Positions 9,986 through 19,885 are shown, counted from the first letter of the stretch. The stretch: 38,591 nucleotides of DNA from a virus (IMGVR_UViG_3300027892_000070:1-38591), one strand, 5' to 3'. Program-made: numbers and translations. Notes: a model not told the origin generated them from the letters alone.

Positions 9986-10738
9986 ATGATTTGGGCAAAA
10001 ATAGTAAACGACGAAATCATGCAAACGCATGATGAAAATCCAGCAGGATTATGGCATCCAGATGCCATTGCAAAAAATGATCTACCAGGTTATTGGGATG
10101 AAGTTCCCGACCATGTCAATGTGGGTTGGAAATTTAAAAACAATCAATGGATATCAGGCGGCCAATGGTTAGATGAACACATAGCAGCCACACCAATACT
10201 TCCGCCAGGTGCTCCATTTTGTCGTGTAAACTTTGCACCTAATAACGATCCGTCAAGTAATACTTTTAACATAGATGTTGATGGAAAGTTAGGTGGAATA
10301 TATGACACATGGAGTATTACCATCGGGAATACTGTGTATTCTACCACAGTGACCGCTGCCAGCAGCGACACTAATGAATTTACCTGTGAATCAACGGCTT
10401 GGTTAACTGCCAACGATCAAATAACATTTATGGGTATACTAGGTGGTGTTGAAAAACATAAAACATATTTGGTGCATTCTGTGGTTAATGCAACAAAATT
10501 TAAAATATGTGATATGAATTCACCAATAAATGTAGTAGAATTAACCACAGGCACTGGCACTATGATGATGTCAAAAGGCCCGGACTTTCATTGGAGTATA
10601 GAAAAAACCAGTGTTCCACAACCTTTAGTAATGAGTATCACTGCCACAGGCCCAGGTGGCACAACTACTTACACCTTAGAAAATGAAATGGCATTGGTTG
10701 TTCCCGAAATATGGGTTCCGTTATTTGCTAGACCATAA
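9986..10738 (+). CDS. Tail-fibre-associated protein (N-terminus resembles fibre assembly chaperones)
   Basis: 250 aa, AGGAG RBS. MIWAKIVND...PDHVNVGWKFKNNQW resembles fibre-chaperone motifs. An internal module is similar to one repeated in the 1975-aa protein (xTGTGTMxx). Confidence 0.65.
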   Translation: MIWAKIVNDEIMQTHDENPAGLWHPDAIAKNDLPGYWDEVPDHVNVGWKFKNNQWISGGQWLDEHIAATPILPPGAPFCRVNFAPNNDPSSNTFNIDVDGKLGGIYDTWSITIGNTVYSTTVTAASSDTNEFTCESTAWLTANDQITFMGILGGVEKHKTYLVHSVVNATKFKICDMNSPINVVELTTGTGTMMMSKGPDFHWSIEKTSVPQPLVMSITATGPGGTTTYTLENEMALVVPEIWVPLFARP

Positions 10739-10750
10739 GATAAATCACTC

Positions 10751-10777
10751 AAAAAAGGCGACTAGTTCGCCTTTTTT
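10751..10777. terminator. Rho-independent terminator, probably bidirectional
   Basis: AAAAAAGGCGA-ctagt-TCGCCTTTTTT perfect inverted repeat with A and T tracts, directly after the fibre operon. Confidence 0.9.
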
Positions 10778-10800
10778 AACGAACTAACACAGCTTGTGAT

Positions 10801-10807
10801 TTAAATA
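10801..10807 (+). promoter_or_regulatory. T4-like late promoter (TTAAATA), 4 nt before ATG
   Basis: TTAAATA-cact-ATG(10812); no Shine-Dalgarno. Confidence 0.6.
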
Positions 10808-10811
10808 CACT

Positions 10812-11591
10812 ATGAAAAAACTCATAGATTCTCCAACGCCAATTGTATTTGTGCAATATCCAGTCGGAGCCGGCGGCTGGTTTTTAACATCATTGCTGTA
10901 TACTGCATTTAATCCAACAGAAACTTTGAAACATAATTCAAATGGTTCAGGGCATGCCAATACTAAAATCACATCGTTAAATAACTTTGCTGTGATTTCG
11001 TTAGAAGATGCATATCAATCTATTTTATATCAAACATCAACTATGACTTATGATGAAAAGATAGAATACATTAGAAATACATTAATCAATAATCCTCACA
11101 AAGAAGAAAACATAATTCATACTATATCTATACATTGTCAAGATATCAATGTGTTCTTAGAAGCATTTCCTAACAGTAAGGCAATACAAATTGAAATTAA
11201 GGACAAACAGATTCCACTGTGTGCATTTAATTTTATTCATAAGGTATTAAAAACAAATTTAATATATTTTGAAAAAGTATGCAATGATTACGGCAAAGAT
11301 TTCGAAATAGAAAAACAATATTTAAAAAATGTTAATTTAACAGCACTTGATAATTTAAAATGGATCAATAAGTTGATTGACAAGTCAAATATAAAAGAAG
11401 AAGTTTTAGAAAAATTTGACAGCCGAGTATTGACAATAGAGTATGATCAATATATAAAACATGCTGATGCTGACCACTTAATTACTTGTATTGACAATTT
11501 TTTACAAGCAGAGTGGAGCCCATTGACCAAAAACAAATTAGTAGATGAATTAGAATTGTATCGAACAATCCAACCAACATATCCTCAATAA
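10812..11591 (+). CDS. P-loop/sulfotransferase-like hypothetical protein
   Basis: 259 aa. N-terminal strand-loop-helix FVQYPVGAGGWFLTSLL resembles the sulfotransferase 5'-PSB loop; late IEYDQ motif. Function is inference. Confidence 0.5.
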   Translation: MKKLIDSPTPIVFVQYPVGAGGWFLTSLLYTAFNPTETLKHNSNGSGHANTKITSLNNFAVISLEDAYQSILYQTSTMTYDEKIEYIRNTLINNPHKEENIIHTISIHCQDINVFLEAFPNSKAIQIEIKDKQIPLCAFNFIHKVLKTNLIYFEKVCNDYGKDFEIEKQYLKNVNLTALDNLKWINKLIDKSNIKEEVLEKFDSRVLTIEYDQYIKHADADHLITCIDNFLQAEWSPLTKNKLVDELELYRTIQPTYPQ

Positions 11592-11595
11592 TAAT

Positions 11596-12714
11596 ATGAA
11601 TGTAATAGTCTTAACACCAGATAGAGTAGGATCAAGCCTACTGCAAAAGTATATCACAGTGACTATGCAGCATTATGATTATCAACATCCGGTTATCAAC
11701 CTGCACGAACTTACCAACGGAATCGAATCATATCATTCAACAAAATACAATCAACAAGTGTTAGGAAAACCTGAGAAATCCACTTGGGGATACCATCAGA
11801 CATTAGAAGAAGTAACAAGATTATTAAACAGCGTAGATCACTATAAAGTATCAAGATTAGCACAGTATCATATTTTAAATAGACAAGATGCATTGAAAGA
11901 TCAATTGAGTTTTTATCAATATATCAATGACAATTTTTTTATAATCAGTGCCCGTAGACAAAATTTGTTTGAGCATGGGTTAAGTTGGTGCATAGCTGCT
12001 TTTTCGAAACATCTAAATGTATACGATCATCAGGAAAAAATCAGCGTATTCAAAGATTTGTATCAAAAGAAAATCACTATAGATCAAGAAGTATTTAAAA
12101 ACTATTTGGACAAATACGTAAATTACCTAAGTTGGGTTGACAATCATTTTGCAATTAATTCAATATTTAATTATGAAAAAAATGTAGTAGATCTCGAGTC
12201 TTATGTATCTAATCTTGATATATTTCCAGTCAATCACAAGCCAGTAAGCTGGCAAGATCAATATGGAATTTCGTGGAAAGATTGGAACACTTGTCATTAT
12301 CTCATCAGCGACATGAGCGGATTTTCTACTGCTTTACCACAGGATCAAAAACTTCTATTAGAAAATTCAAACAATGTTCAACGACCATTATTGTCTATGA
12401 ATTTGAATCAACTTATGACCCGCCCCGGATTAAGTTTATCTCACCAAGAATTTTTAACCACAAATTCAACAAACTATATAAATGCCTATAGAACTATATA
12501 TGATTTAGTAGAAGACAGAACTTTGATTGCAGGAATGCCTATCAAATTGCAAACATTAGCAGAAAAAGCATTGTTAGTAAAGAATTTTAAAGAATGTTTG
12601 GATACGTACAATGAATGGAGTAACACATCTTCTATAGGAAAAGTTTTATCTATAGAAAAACTGGGCAACAATGCATTAACTGAATTGGAAACATGGTATA
12701 ATAGTCACACATGA
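11596..12714 (+). CDS. Sulfotransferase-like protein (Stf0-like)
   Basis: 372 aa. VLTPDRVGSSLLQKYI (5'-PSB-like RxGS), RRQNLFEHGLSW (3'-PB-like, compare Stf0 RxNxxxQAxS) and NYE motif. Confidence 0.6.
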   Translation: MNVIVLTPDRVGSSLLQKYITVTMQHYDYQHPVINLHELTNGIESYHSTKYNQQVLGKPEKSTWGYHQTLEEVTRLLNSVDHYKVSRLAQYHILNRQDALKDQLSFYQYINDNFFIISARRQNLFEHGLSWCIAAFSKHLNVYDHQEKISVFKDLYQKKITIDQEVFKNYLDKYVNYLSWVDNHFAINSIFNYEKNVVDLESYVSNLDIFPVNHKPVSWQDQYGISWKDWNTCHYLISDMSGFSTALPQDQKLLLENSNNVQRPLLSMNLNQLMTRPGLSLSHQEFLTTNSTNYINAYRTIYDLVEDRTLIAGMPIKLQTLAEKALLVKNFKECLDTYNEWSNTSSIGKVLSIEKLGNNALTELETWYNSHT

Positions 12715-13445
12715 ACGAATTTGTATTAACTGAAACCGCCAATGCATTTGAAGTAACATGCGGTATAGATAGTTTGGAACATTGTAGAGACATTGCATAT
12801 TATAAAATGTATTCAAAAAGTGTAATATATAGTTACAATAGTTTTGGATATCGTGATGAAGAATGGCCCAAGGATCTAACTAACAGCATTTGGTGTGTAG
12901 GAGATAGTTTTACGGTAGGACTTGGCCAGCCTTATGATGAGACTTGGGTAAAACTTGTAGAGAAAAAAACAGGAAAAAGAACAATAAACGTCAGTATGAA
13001 TGGGGCCAGCAATGATTGGATTGCAAGGCGTGTGCAATCCATCATAGATAGTTTCAACCCACGTGTTATCTTGATACAATGGAGTTATTGCCATAGAAGA
13101 GAAAATGCAAATACCACACTAAGCGACGAAGATCGCAAAATTCATTTTATAGCTGCTACAGGCGGCCGCGAAGATTTTGCAGATATGCAACAGTTAGATA
13201 AACAAAATTGCATAGAAAACATACTTAAAATTAACAGTCAACCTTCTACCCAGATAATACATTCATTTATTCCTAAATTTGCCAGGTCCGACGATGCTGA
13301 ATTTATATACAATGAACTAACAAAGCACAATATTAACTTTTTTCCTGAACAACCTGTAGTTGATCTAGCAAGAGACAGTCATCACTACGATATACTAACT
13401 GCTACAAACTATGCGAATCTATATTTAAATAATTTAAAGATATAA
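12711..13445 (+). CDS. SGNH/GDSL-like hydrolase or acyltransferase
   Basis: 244 aa, ATGA overlap with the upstream gene. CVGDSFTVG (block I), NVSMNGASN (block II), C-terminal DSHH. Confidence 0.7.
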   Translation: MNEFVLTETANAFEVTCGIDSLEHCRDIAYYKMYSKSVIYSYNSFGYRDEEWPKDLTNSIWCVGDSFTVGLGQPYDETWVKLVEKKTGKRTINVSMNGASNDWIARRVQSIIDSFNPRVILIQWSYCHRRENANTTLSDEDRKIHFIAATGGREDFADMQQLDKQNCIENILKINSQPSTQIIHSFIPKFARSDDAEFIYNELTKHNINFFPEQPVVDLARDSHHYDILTATNYANLYLNNLKI

Positions 13446-13466
13446 AATATTATTGTTACAGAAAGA

Positions 13467-14030
13467 TTACTTATAGGTTGTGTTAAAACTAAGAACTAAA
13501 CGGTTGTTGCTATTATTGGGTAACGTATCATGCGGAAGCCAAGCTGGAAAAATTAATAATAATCCCGAGTAGCAGGGAAATTCTCTAAAGTTCTCGTTGT
13601 ACCATGTATTACGTGCGCTTTGTTCAAACATTCGCAATTGTTCTAATGGACTATGAACAATTAGGCCGGCAGAACCTGGATCAGCATGAATATAAAAGGC
13701 TCCGCTTGCTATGCTCATCTCATGACGATGCCGTTCTACCCTTTCACCCCCTGCCAATCGATTAAGCCAATTATGATTAATATGTATAGGTGGGCATCCC
13801 ATGTTGTCTGCCCATTTTTTCACGCAATTATTTAATTTATCACGTATAACATCTAGTTCAGGATGGTCTAATATCCCGCCGGGGCTGTTACCTACATATG
13901 TGCTATTGGGAAAATACCTATGTTGTTTAAAGTCCAGTGTTTCTGATATTTTAACAATTTTTTCTAAATCCGGATCACTAGAAAAGTCATACTCATGTAT
14001 AACTGTGGGGAATAATAATGTTTCTTTCAT
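13467..14030 (-). CDS. 2OG-Fe(II) oxygenase (TIGR02466-like)
   Basis: 187 aa. LFPTVI start, RHRH...SGAFYI, GLLLIFPAWLPHDT, RLVLSFN. Confidence 0.85.
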   Translation of the reverse strand: MKETLLFPTVIHEYDFSSDPDLEKIVKISETLDFKQHRYFPNSTYVGNSPGGILDHPELDVIRDKLNNCVKKWADNMGCPPIHINHNWLNRLAGGERVERHRHEMSIASGAFYIHADPGSAGLIVHSPLEQLRMFEQSARNTWYNENFREFPCYSGLLLIFPAWLPHDTLPNNSNNRLVLSFNTTYK

Positions 14031-14089
14031 ACGTCGTCTCGTGGTAAATTATTCATCAAATCTGTATATAAGTAATTTAAAGATGTACT

Positions 14090-14626
14090 TTATCGTTGTT
14101 TATCAAAATATGTATATGCACACGGCCCGTTGCTTTGAACATAGTGCAGGAATGCTTGACAATATTCTTTACCTTGGAATTCTTCTCTCCAATGCGGAGC
14201 AACACAGCCCAAATATAATATTGCATCGCCGAGCTCTAAATCTAATTTAATAGATTCTCCTTGAGGATTTTTAATATAGAAAGGCCAGTTTTTATCACCG
14301 CCAAGATGCAGTGTTATACTAATTTCACAAGCATGCCTATCTGTGTGTATCTTTAAATTATTCTTTTCTCTGTATATTCGAGCATATGCATAAGTTGGCA
14401 ACAGTGTTGACTCCACAAGTTTTGATAGTGTTGGAACTTTTTCGCATAGCAATTCTAAAAATTCCTTGTAATTATAACTGGTAGAAGAATTAGGTACTTG
14501 TATATCTCCGCGAAGATTGTTTGTTAATACAAACGCAGTAAATTCTTTTCTTAATATTTCCGCACGAGACTTTGAAATAAAGTTTGGAATTTTTATATAA
14601 TTGTTTTTTTCTAAATCAATATTCAC
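14090..14626 (-). CDS. 2OG-Fe(II) oxygenase
   Basis: 178 aa. YARIY...HTDRHACEISITLHL...GDAILYLGCVAPHWRE (HxD...H triad). Confidence 0.8.
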   Translation of the reverse strand: MNIDLEKNNYIKIPNFISKSRAEILRKEFTAFVLTNNLRGDIQVPNSSTSYNYKEFLELLCEKVPTLSKLVESTLLPTYAYARIYREKNNLKIHTDRHACEISITLHLGGDKNWPFYIKNPQGESIKLDLELGDAILYLGCVAPHWREEFQGKEYCQAFLHYVQSNGPCAYTYFDKQR

Positions 14627-14641
14627 GAGATGTCCTTATAA

Positions 14642-15160
14642 TTATTTAAAGTTGGGCCCGTGAACCCAACCAAAAATAGCATATCTCGATCCAGACTCAA
14701 CAACTGATACCTTGTGCGCCATAAAAGAAGGAAAAATTAACAATTTTCCAGGATGACAATCTAGTATAGACTCAGTTAAGGTTGTAAACTTGCCTCCTTG
14801 GAAATTATCATTTAGTATCAATGAAAATGACAGTTTACGTTGAACATTCCCAGCTATGCAATCCATGTGCAAGCTACTGTAGTGCATGCCTTTGTCATAC
14901 CTACCAAAAAAACAATCAATATGATTAAAATCTAAGTCAAGTTTAAAATGTTTTTCGTTGATAAACTTAAGGCAATCAGTTAAATGCGGAACATCCGAAA
15001 TATCCATATCCTTTACTAGTACATTTCTGTATGTTGTTTGTATAACATTTTCCAGTTGAACAGTGTCGTGTTTAGAAATTAGTTGATTACATTGTGTGGT
15101 GTCTAGTAGTGATTTACCAATCACTACAATTTGTTCATAATTTTGGTTTTGCATTTGCAT
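14642..15160 (-). CDS. 2OG-Fe(II) oxygenase (prolyl-4-hydroxylase/PKHD-like)
   Basis: Likely start MQMQNQ at 15160 or 15154. LHMD...RKLSFSLILNDNFQGG...GKLLIFPSFMAHKV..V.SGSRY...WVHGP. Confidence 0.85.
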   Translation of the reverse strand: MQMQNQNYEQIVVIGKSLLDTTQCNQLISKHDTVQLENVIQTTYRNVLVKDMDISDVPHLTDCLKFINEKHFKLDLDFNHIDCFFGRYDKGMHYSSLHMDCIAGNVQRKLSFSLILNDNFQGGKFTTLTESILDCHPGKLLIFPSFMAHKVSVVESGSRYAIFGWVHGPNFK

Positions 15161-15728
15161 ATACTTTTTCTTGTGTAAAATAGTCGAACACATTGGATTC
15201 AATACACATTTCCATATTGATAGAAATTCTGTAATCCATACTATTATGTAGCAACGGTTCGTGGACAGTGTTATTTGGCATGATGAGTAAGTCGCCTTCG
15301 TCGGGTTGAAATTGTATAGGTTCTAATCCAGGAGGATACAGATTTAATCCACCTTCGTCATCACCGACATCTTTGGGCATTTTTAAATAATATACTGAAT
15401 TAATAGAACTAGTTTTAATATGATTGTGTGCATTGGTTCTAAATGATTCTTTGTTATAAACATTAGCCCAACACCATGTTTTGTGAGTTGGGGATAACTT
15501 TACATTGCCAAACAAATTTATCACAGTATTAAAAAAGAAATTGTAAAGTATTTTAAAATCTTCGTGCTGATCTTTGACATGAAATGTATAGCCACCGTGA
15601 TAATTTGCTGTGTCTTTTTGCGATAACACCGTATCAATCATACGTGCTTTTACAGATGGAGATAACAACAATTGTGTTTCTAACACTTGTGGAAAAGTTG
15701 GATTGAAAAAAATATTGTTTACTGACAT
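15135..15728 (-). CDS. 2OG-Fe(II) oxygenase (TIGR02466-like)
   Basis: 197 aa. WANVY...HNH...SVYYL...EGDLLIMPNNTVHEP...RISIN. Confidence 0.8.
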   Translation of the reverse strand: MSVNNIFFNPTFPQVLETQLLLSPSVKARMIDTVLSQKDTANYHGGYTFHVKDQHEDFKILYNFFFNTVINLFGNVKLSPTHKTWCWANVYNKESFRTNAHNHIKTSSINSVYYLKMPKDVGDDEGGLNLYPPGLEPIQFQPDEGDLLIMPNNTVHEPLLHNSMDYRISINMEMCIESNVFDYFTQEKVYANAKPKL

Positions 15729-16336
15729 AGAATATTAAAACTAATAATAATCCTATCGTCCGAAGATAAATTAGGTTTAGTTTCGTGCTTTAAATAACCT
15801 GGAAAAATTATTAATTTTCCAGGTGTGACAGTTAATGGTATTGACGTATTCCCTCGCCATTTGGTAAAATCTGGTTCGTTACTTAACGCATATTCTTTAG
15901 GATCTAACAACATTAAATCCCCACAATTTTCACCAGCGTTTACATAATAACTGCCGCTCCAATGAGCAGTACTGTGGTTATGATGGGGAACAAAAGAACC
16001 ATGGGGATAGACATTAGCCCAGGCATTACTGAAATTCCAAGTTCGATCAAAATTCAATTGATTGAAAAAATCCGTAATTATAGGAGAAATTTCTGTAAAA
16101 AAATCATCAAAATTTTTGTCATCGACGAGATTACCATGATCAAATGAACTGTATCCAGTGTCCGATGCCACATCTGTTAAAATTTTGTTGTGCCAGTAGT
16201 GTCCAAGTAATCGCTTATCGTCAACGTTGTCGAACAATTTTCGTATTTTAAGAATCAATGATTTGTTCATATCATCAACGTTTGGTAAAATAGATTCTAA
16301 AATAGGAACAGAAAACGCATTTATAATTTTTTTCAT
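15719..16336 (-). CDS. 2OG-Fe(II) oxygenase (TIGR02466-like)
   Basis: 205 aa. WANVY...HHNH...WSGSYYV...GDLMLLDP...GKLIIFPGYLKHET...RIIISFN. Confidence 0.85.
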   Translation of the reverse strand: MKKIINAFSVPILESILPNVDDMNKSLILKIRKLFDNVDDKRLLGHYWHNKILTDVASDTGYSSFDHGNLVDDKNFDDFFTEISPIITDFFNQLNFDRTWNFSNAWANVYPHGSFVPHHNHSTAHWSGSYYVNAGENCGDLMLLDPKEYALSNEPDFTKWRGNTSIPLTVTPGKLIIFPGYLKHETKPNLSSDDRIIISFNILCQ

Positions 16337-16399
16337 AATATTCTTAGAAGGAAAGTAGTAATGATATATATGCTATTAACATTACTGTGAGAGCTTAAT

Positions 16400-17173
16400 A
16401 TGGAAATTTTGTATGCAAACGGTGATTCTTTTGTTTTTGGTATGGAATGTATAGCAGATGCTAGCATGGATCCTCTTAACAAAGAACTTGCATTTCCTAA
16501 ACGTATATCTGATAAATTAAATTGTGAAACATATATCAACAATGCATATAACAGTGCAACTAATGAATTTATCTTTAGAACTACAATTTTTGATTTGCTA
16601 GAATTAGAACAAAAAGGCGTAACCCCCAGCGATGTATTTGTTGTAATAGGATGGACAACATTGCATCGATTCGAAATAGAAGGCAAAACATGGTATCAAA
16701 AGACTTTTCCAGGCATCGATCCAATTGATGTAGTACCAGGTATACAAGAAAGAATGGAATACGTGGACTACAATACGCTTTTTGTCAGCCCGGGATTTCA
16801 TACAGCAATAGGTGATCCTAGAAATCCCGGATCTTTTTTCTCCACAGAGCAAGATATTGTGCCTTTTTGTGTAGACTATGTGTGGCACGATCATATTCAA
16901 AACCCTCAACATGAATCAAGATTATTGGCGTTGCATGCATTTTTAACAGCAAAAGGCTATAAACATATTTTTTTAAATACTGCTGGCCGCTTTCAATTTA
17001 AAATGTTAGATACTTCTGTAAAGAATTTTTACAAATTAGATACTGACACATTCTACGACTGGGGGAGGAATCATTATCCAGCCGAAATTAAGAAATATCG
17101 TCATTTCAGTCCAGCACCCCATCTAGTATATGGTAATTTACTGGTTGACTACATACGTGAAAATATTTTATAA
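16400..17173 (+). CDS. SGNH-like hypothetical protein
   Basis: 257 aa. LYANGDSFVFG, NNAYNSATNEFIFR, VIGWTTLHRFE, C-terminal HFSPAPH. Same architecture as 12711..13445. Confidence 0.7.
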   Translation: MEILYANGDSFVFGMECIADASMDPLNKELAFPKRISDKLNCETYINNAYNSATNEFIFRTTIFDLLELEQKGVTPSDVFVVIGWTTLHRFEIEGKTWYQKTFPGIDPIDVVPGIQERMEYVDYNTLFVSPGFHTAIGDPRNPGSFFSTEQDIVPFCVDYVWHDHIQNPQHESRLLALHAFLTAKGYKHIFLNTAGRFQFKMLDTSVKNFYKLDTDTFYDWGRNHYPAEIKKYRHFSPAPHLVYGNLLVDYIRENIL

Positions 17174-17187
17174 TGAAGAAACTTGTG

Positions 17188-17195
17188 TATAAATA
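17188..17195 (+). promoter_or_regulatory. T4 late promoter, perfect consensus TATAAATA
   Basis: Exact TATAAATA upstream of the AAGGA RBS and ATG 17225. Confidence 0.8.
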
Positions 17196-17224
17196 CATTA
17201 TATGCGTATATTATTAAGGATAAC

Positions 17225-18151
17225 ATGAAGAAAATATTTTTTATCAACGGTGGAGCCGGTCGCGTACTTGCTAGTATTCCTGCATTGGAAGAAAGTCATC
17301 GTCGTGGCGAACTAGCAGGCATTGTGTGCGAAGGCGGGATGGAATTTTATATGGGACATCCTATCTTGCAAAATTATGCATTTGACGTGAACCACAAAGG
17401 CATTTTTGAAAATCTTATCAAAGATAATCTATGCATTAGTCCTGAACCATACAGAGATCACGAATATTACAATCAACGTAGTAGTTTGCAACAAAGTTTT
17501 TGGTGGCAAATATTAGGAGAACGCACTACTGTAAATGTTCGGCCTGCAGTGGTGTTAAACAAACCGGAAGAAATGGCCGCAATGGAAATACTAGGGCAGG
17601 TCAAACAACAACATCAAAAAGAAAAGACGATTGTGATACAGCCATTTGGTCGAAGCAGTCAGTTAGGGGGTGGCGGTGTAGTATATGACCAAAGCAGTCG
17701 CAGTATAGAACAAACTACATTTATGGAATTGGTTGCAGAACTATCCAAAGACTATAACATCATGTATATGGGAGAGCATAAATTAAATGTTGTGAATCTT
17801 CCTATTTTTCAACCAGACAATAACCTACCATTGAGAATTTGGGCAGCAATCATCGAATCTTGTGATTATTTTATTGGATGTGATAGTGTGGGCCAACACC
17901 TTGCTTATTCTTTTAACAAACCTGGCACAATTGTGTGCGGAAGTACATTTCCCGTAAATATCACATATCCTGATCATTTTAATATCATAGAAAAAAAAGA
18001 TGCAGTTAGACATTACAGCCCAATTAGAATTGCTGGGTTTGCATCAGAAGAAGCAGATAGATTAAACGACACAATTATGGACTTCAGCAAAGAAGAACTT
18101 AAGAGCATAATTGCCAACATTAAAGCACATATTGCTAAAACAACAAAATAA
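17225..18151 (+). CDS. Glycosyltransferase, GT9-like (heptosyltransferase fold)
   Basis: Start ATG 17225 after AAGGA. INGGAGRVLASIPAL N-terminal motif, IVIQPFG, AAIIESCDYFIGCDSVGQHLAYSFNKPGTIVCGST (GT9 signature D-S-x-x-x-H-L-A). Confidence 0.8.
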   Translation: MKKIFFINGGAGRVLASIPALEESHRRGELAGIVCEGGMEFYMGHPILQNYAFDVNHKGIFENLIKDNLCISPEPYRDHEYYNQRSSLQQSFWWQILGERTTVNVRPAVVLNKPEEMAAMEILGQVKQQHQKEKTIVIQPFGRSSQLGGGGVVYDQSSRSIEQTTFMELVAELSKDYNIMYMGEHKLNVVNLPIFQPDNNLPLRIWAAIIESCDYFIGCDSVGQHLAYSFNKPGTIVCGSTFPVNITYPDHFNIIEKKDAVRHYSPIRIAGFASEEADRLNDTIMDFSKEELKSIIANIKAHIAKTTK

Positions 18152-18161
18152 GGAATCAAAC

Positions 18162-19874
18162 ATGTGGTTATTAGGAATCAATACAGGACATAACGGTGCA
18201 ACTGCATTGTATAAAGACAGTGAATTAATTTTCTACATTGAAGAAGATCGATTAAGTAGATTGAAATACGATGGTAACCCATATTTAGGAATGGAAAAAG
18301 CATTTAGTTACACTGATAACATTGATTTTCTTATAATATGTGGAACCCGTAATGCATTTGGAAAAATGCCATGGACTGGTGAAGATCCATATACTTGCTA
18401 TGCAAGAAAAAAACAACCTGGTTATAAATTTGATACTATTATGCTAGGAGGCGATCATCATATGACCCATGCTGTTACTGCGTTTTATAACAGTGGATTT
18501 GATGATGCTGCTGCTATTGTTATCGATGGCGCTGGCAGCACAATTAGTATTCCCGACTTAGAACAGATTAAACAAGATACTTGGGAAGTTGAATCAATTT
18601 GGTCAATGTCTTATCCGTCAAGCATTGTTAAACATTTAACATACTACGGCTCTAATGATGTGGATAGTTTTTCATTAGCAGACGACAATTGTGAAATCGA
18701 AGTATCAGACGGCCATGGTATCACTAAGAGTTATGAAGCGGTGACTCAGTATCTAGGATTTCATGCTATCGAAGCCGGCAAGACCATGGGTATTGCACCG
18801 TACGGCAAGCCCAACGATAGTATTAAAATACATGAAGGTAGATTCAACAACAGAAATTTAATCAAACCAAAATTTCCAGCAGGTAATGTTATTAGATGTG
18901 ATTTAAACCCGGAATTAAAAGAGCACGAAGGTGATGTTGCGTGGCACACTGACCCAGATCTTATCGACGACTTTAGAAAAGACCTAGCATATGCTGTGCA
19001 GAAATCAGCGGAAGAACGTGTAATTGCACTGATTAGAAAAACTATTGAATTAACTGGCAAAAAGAAAATTGTTATGGCCGGCGGCTTTGTACTTAATTGT
19101 GTGGCCAACTATGAATTCTTGAAAGAATTTCCAGATGTGGAATTTTATCATGAGCCCGTAAGTCATGATGGCGGTAATGTAATGGGTGCTTGCCAGTATG
19201 TTTACAGGACTGTTACTAAAGACTCAGTCAAAACACCGTTGGCCAATTTGTATCTAGGTTTAGATCATTCAGCAGAATATGCAACCGCAGATTTTACAGG
19301 ATTTACTGTTACTGATACTACAGCAACAGATGTTGCAAAGTTGATAGCAGAGCAGGAAATTGTTTGTTTGTATCAAGGTCGCAGTGAAGCAGGTCCTCGT
19401 GCATTAGGTAATCGCAGTATCTTATTTGATCCTACAGTGGTCAACGGTAAGGATATTGTTAACGAAGTTAAACATCGCGAATGGTTCCGTCCATTTGCTG
19501 GATCAGTAATGGCAGAACATGCTGCCGAATGGTTTGACTTCCGTTCAAGGACTGATAGCCCATTCATGATGTATGCTGTAAATGTGTTGAAAGACAAACA
19601 AGCACTAATTCCATCTATTACACACGTGGATGGAACTTGTAGGATTCAAACTGTGACATCGGAACAAAATCCGCACTACTACGAATTAATTAGCGAGTTC
19701 AACAAAATTAAGAATGTGCCTATATTGTTCAACACCAGCTTTAATCTAGCCGGAGATCCGCTGGTTGAAACTGTTAAAGAAGCACTAGATACTTTAAAGA
19801 ACTCTGAAATGAAGTATTTGTGGTTACCTGAAATTAGCAAATTGTTAACAAAAATTGATTTCACAGAAATGTAA
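18162..19874 (+). CDS. O-carbamoyltransferase, NodU/CmcH family
   Basis: Start ATG 18162 after AGGA. GINTGHNG, EEDRLSRLKY, HHMTHA, VIDGAG, GKTMGIAPYG, AGGFVLNCVAN, EAGPRALGNRSIL, KHREWFRPFA, HVDGTCRIQTV, NTSFNLAGDPLVET. Confidence 0.95.
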   Translation: MWLLGINTGHNGATALYKDSELIFYIEEDRLSRLKYDGNPYLGMEKAFSYTDNIDFLIICGTRNAFGKMPWTGEDPYTCYARKKQPGYKFDTIMLGGDHHMTHAVTAFYNSGFDDAAAIVIDGAGSTISIPDLEQIKQDTWEVESIWSMSYPSSIVKHLTYYGSNDVDSFSLADDNCEIEVSDGHGITKSYEAVTQYLGFHAIEAGKTMGIAPYGKPNDSIKIHEGRFNNRNLIKPKFPAGNVIRCDLNPELKEHEGDVAWHTDPDLIDDFRKDLAYAVQKSAEERVIALIRKTIELTGKKKIVMAGGFVLNCVANYEFLKEFPDVEFYHEPVSHDGGNVMGACQYVYRTVTKDSVKTPLANLYLGLDHSAEYATADFTGFTVTDTTATDVAKLIAEQEIVCLYQGRSEAGPRALGNRSILFDPTVVNGKDIVNEVKHREWFRPFAGSVMAEHAAEWFDFRSRTDSPFMMYAVNVLKDKQALIPSITHVDGTCRIQTVTSEQNPHYYELISEFNKIKNVPILFNTSFNLAGDPLVETVKEALDTLKNSEMKYLWLPEISKLLTKIDFTEM

Positions 19875-19885
19875 GCGACAGTAAT

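Noticed and set aside
16357-16386. 7-bp inverted repeat AGTAATG...CATTACT in the divergent gap between the oxygenase array and the SGNH gene
   Set aside because: Short, AT-rich, with a 16-nt loop; cannot be distinguished from chance without conservation data.
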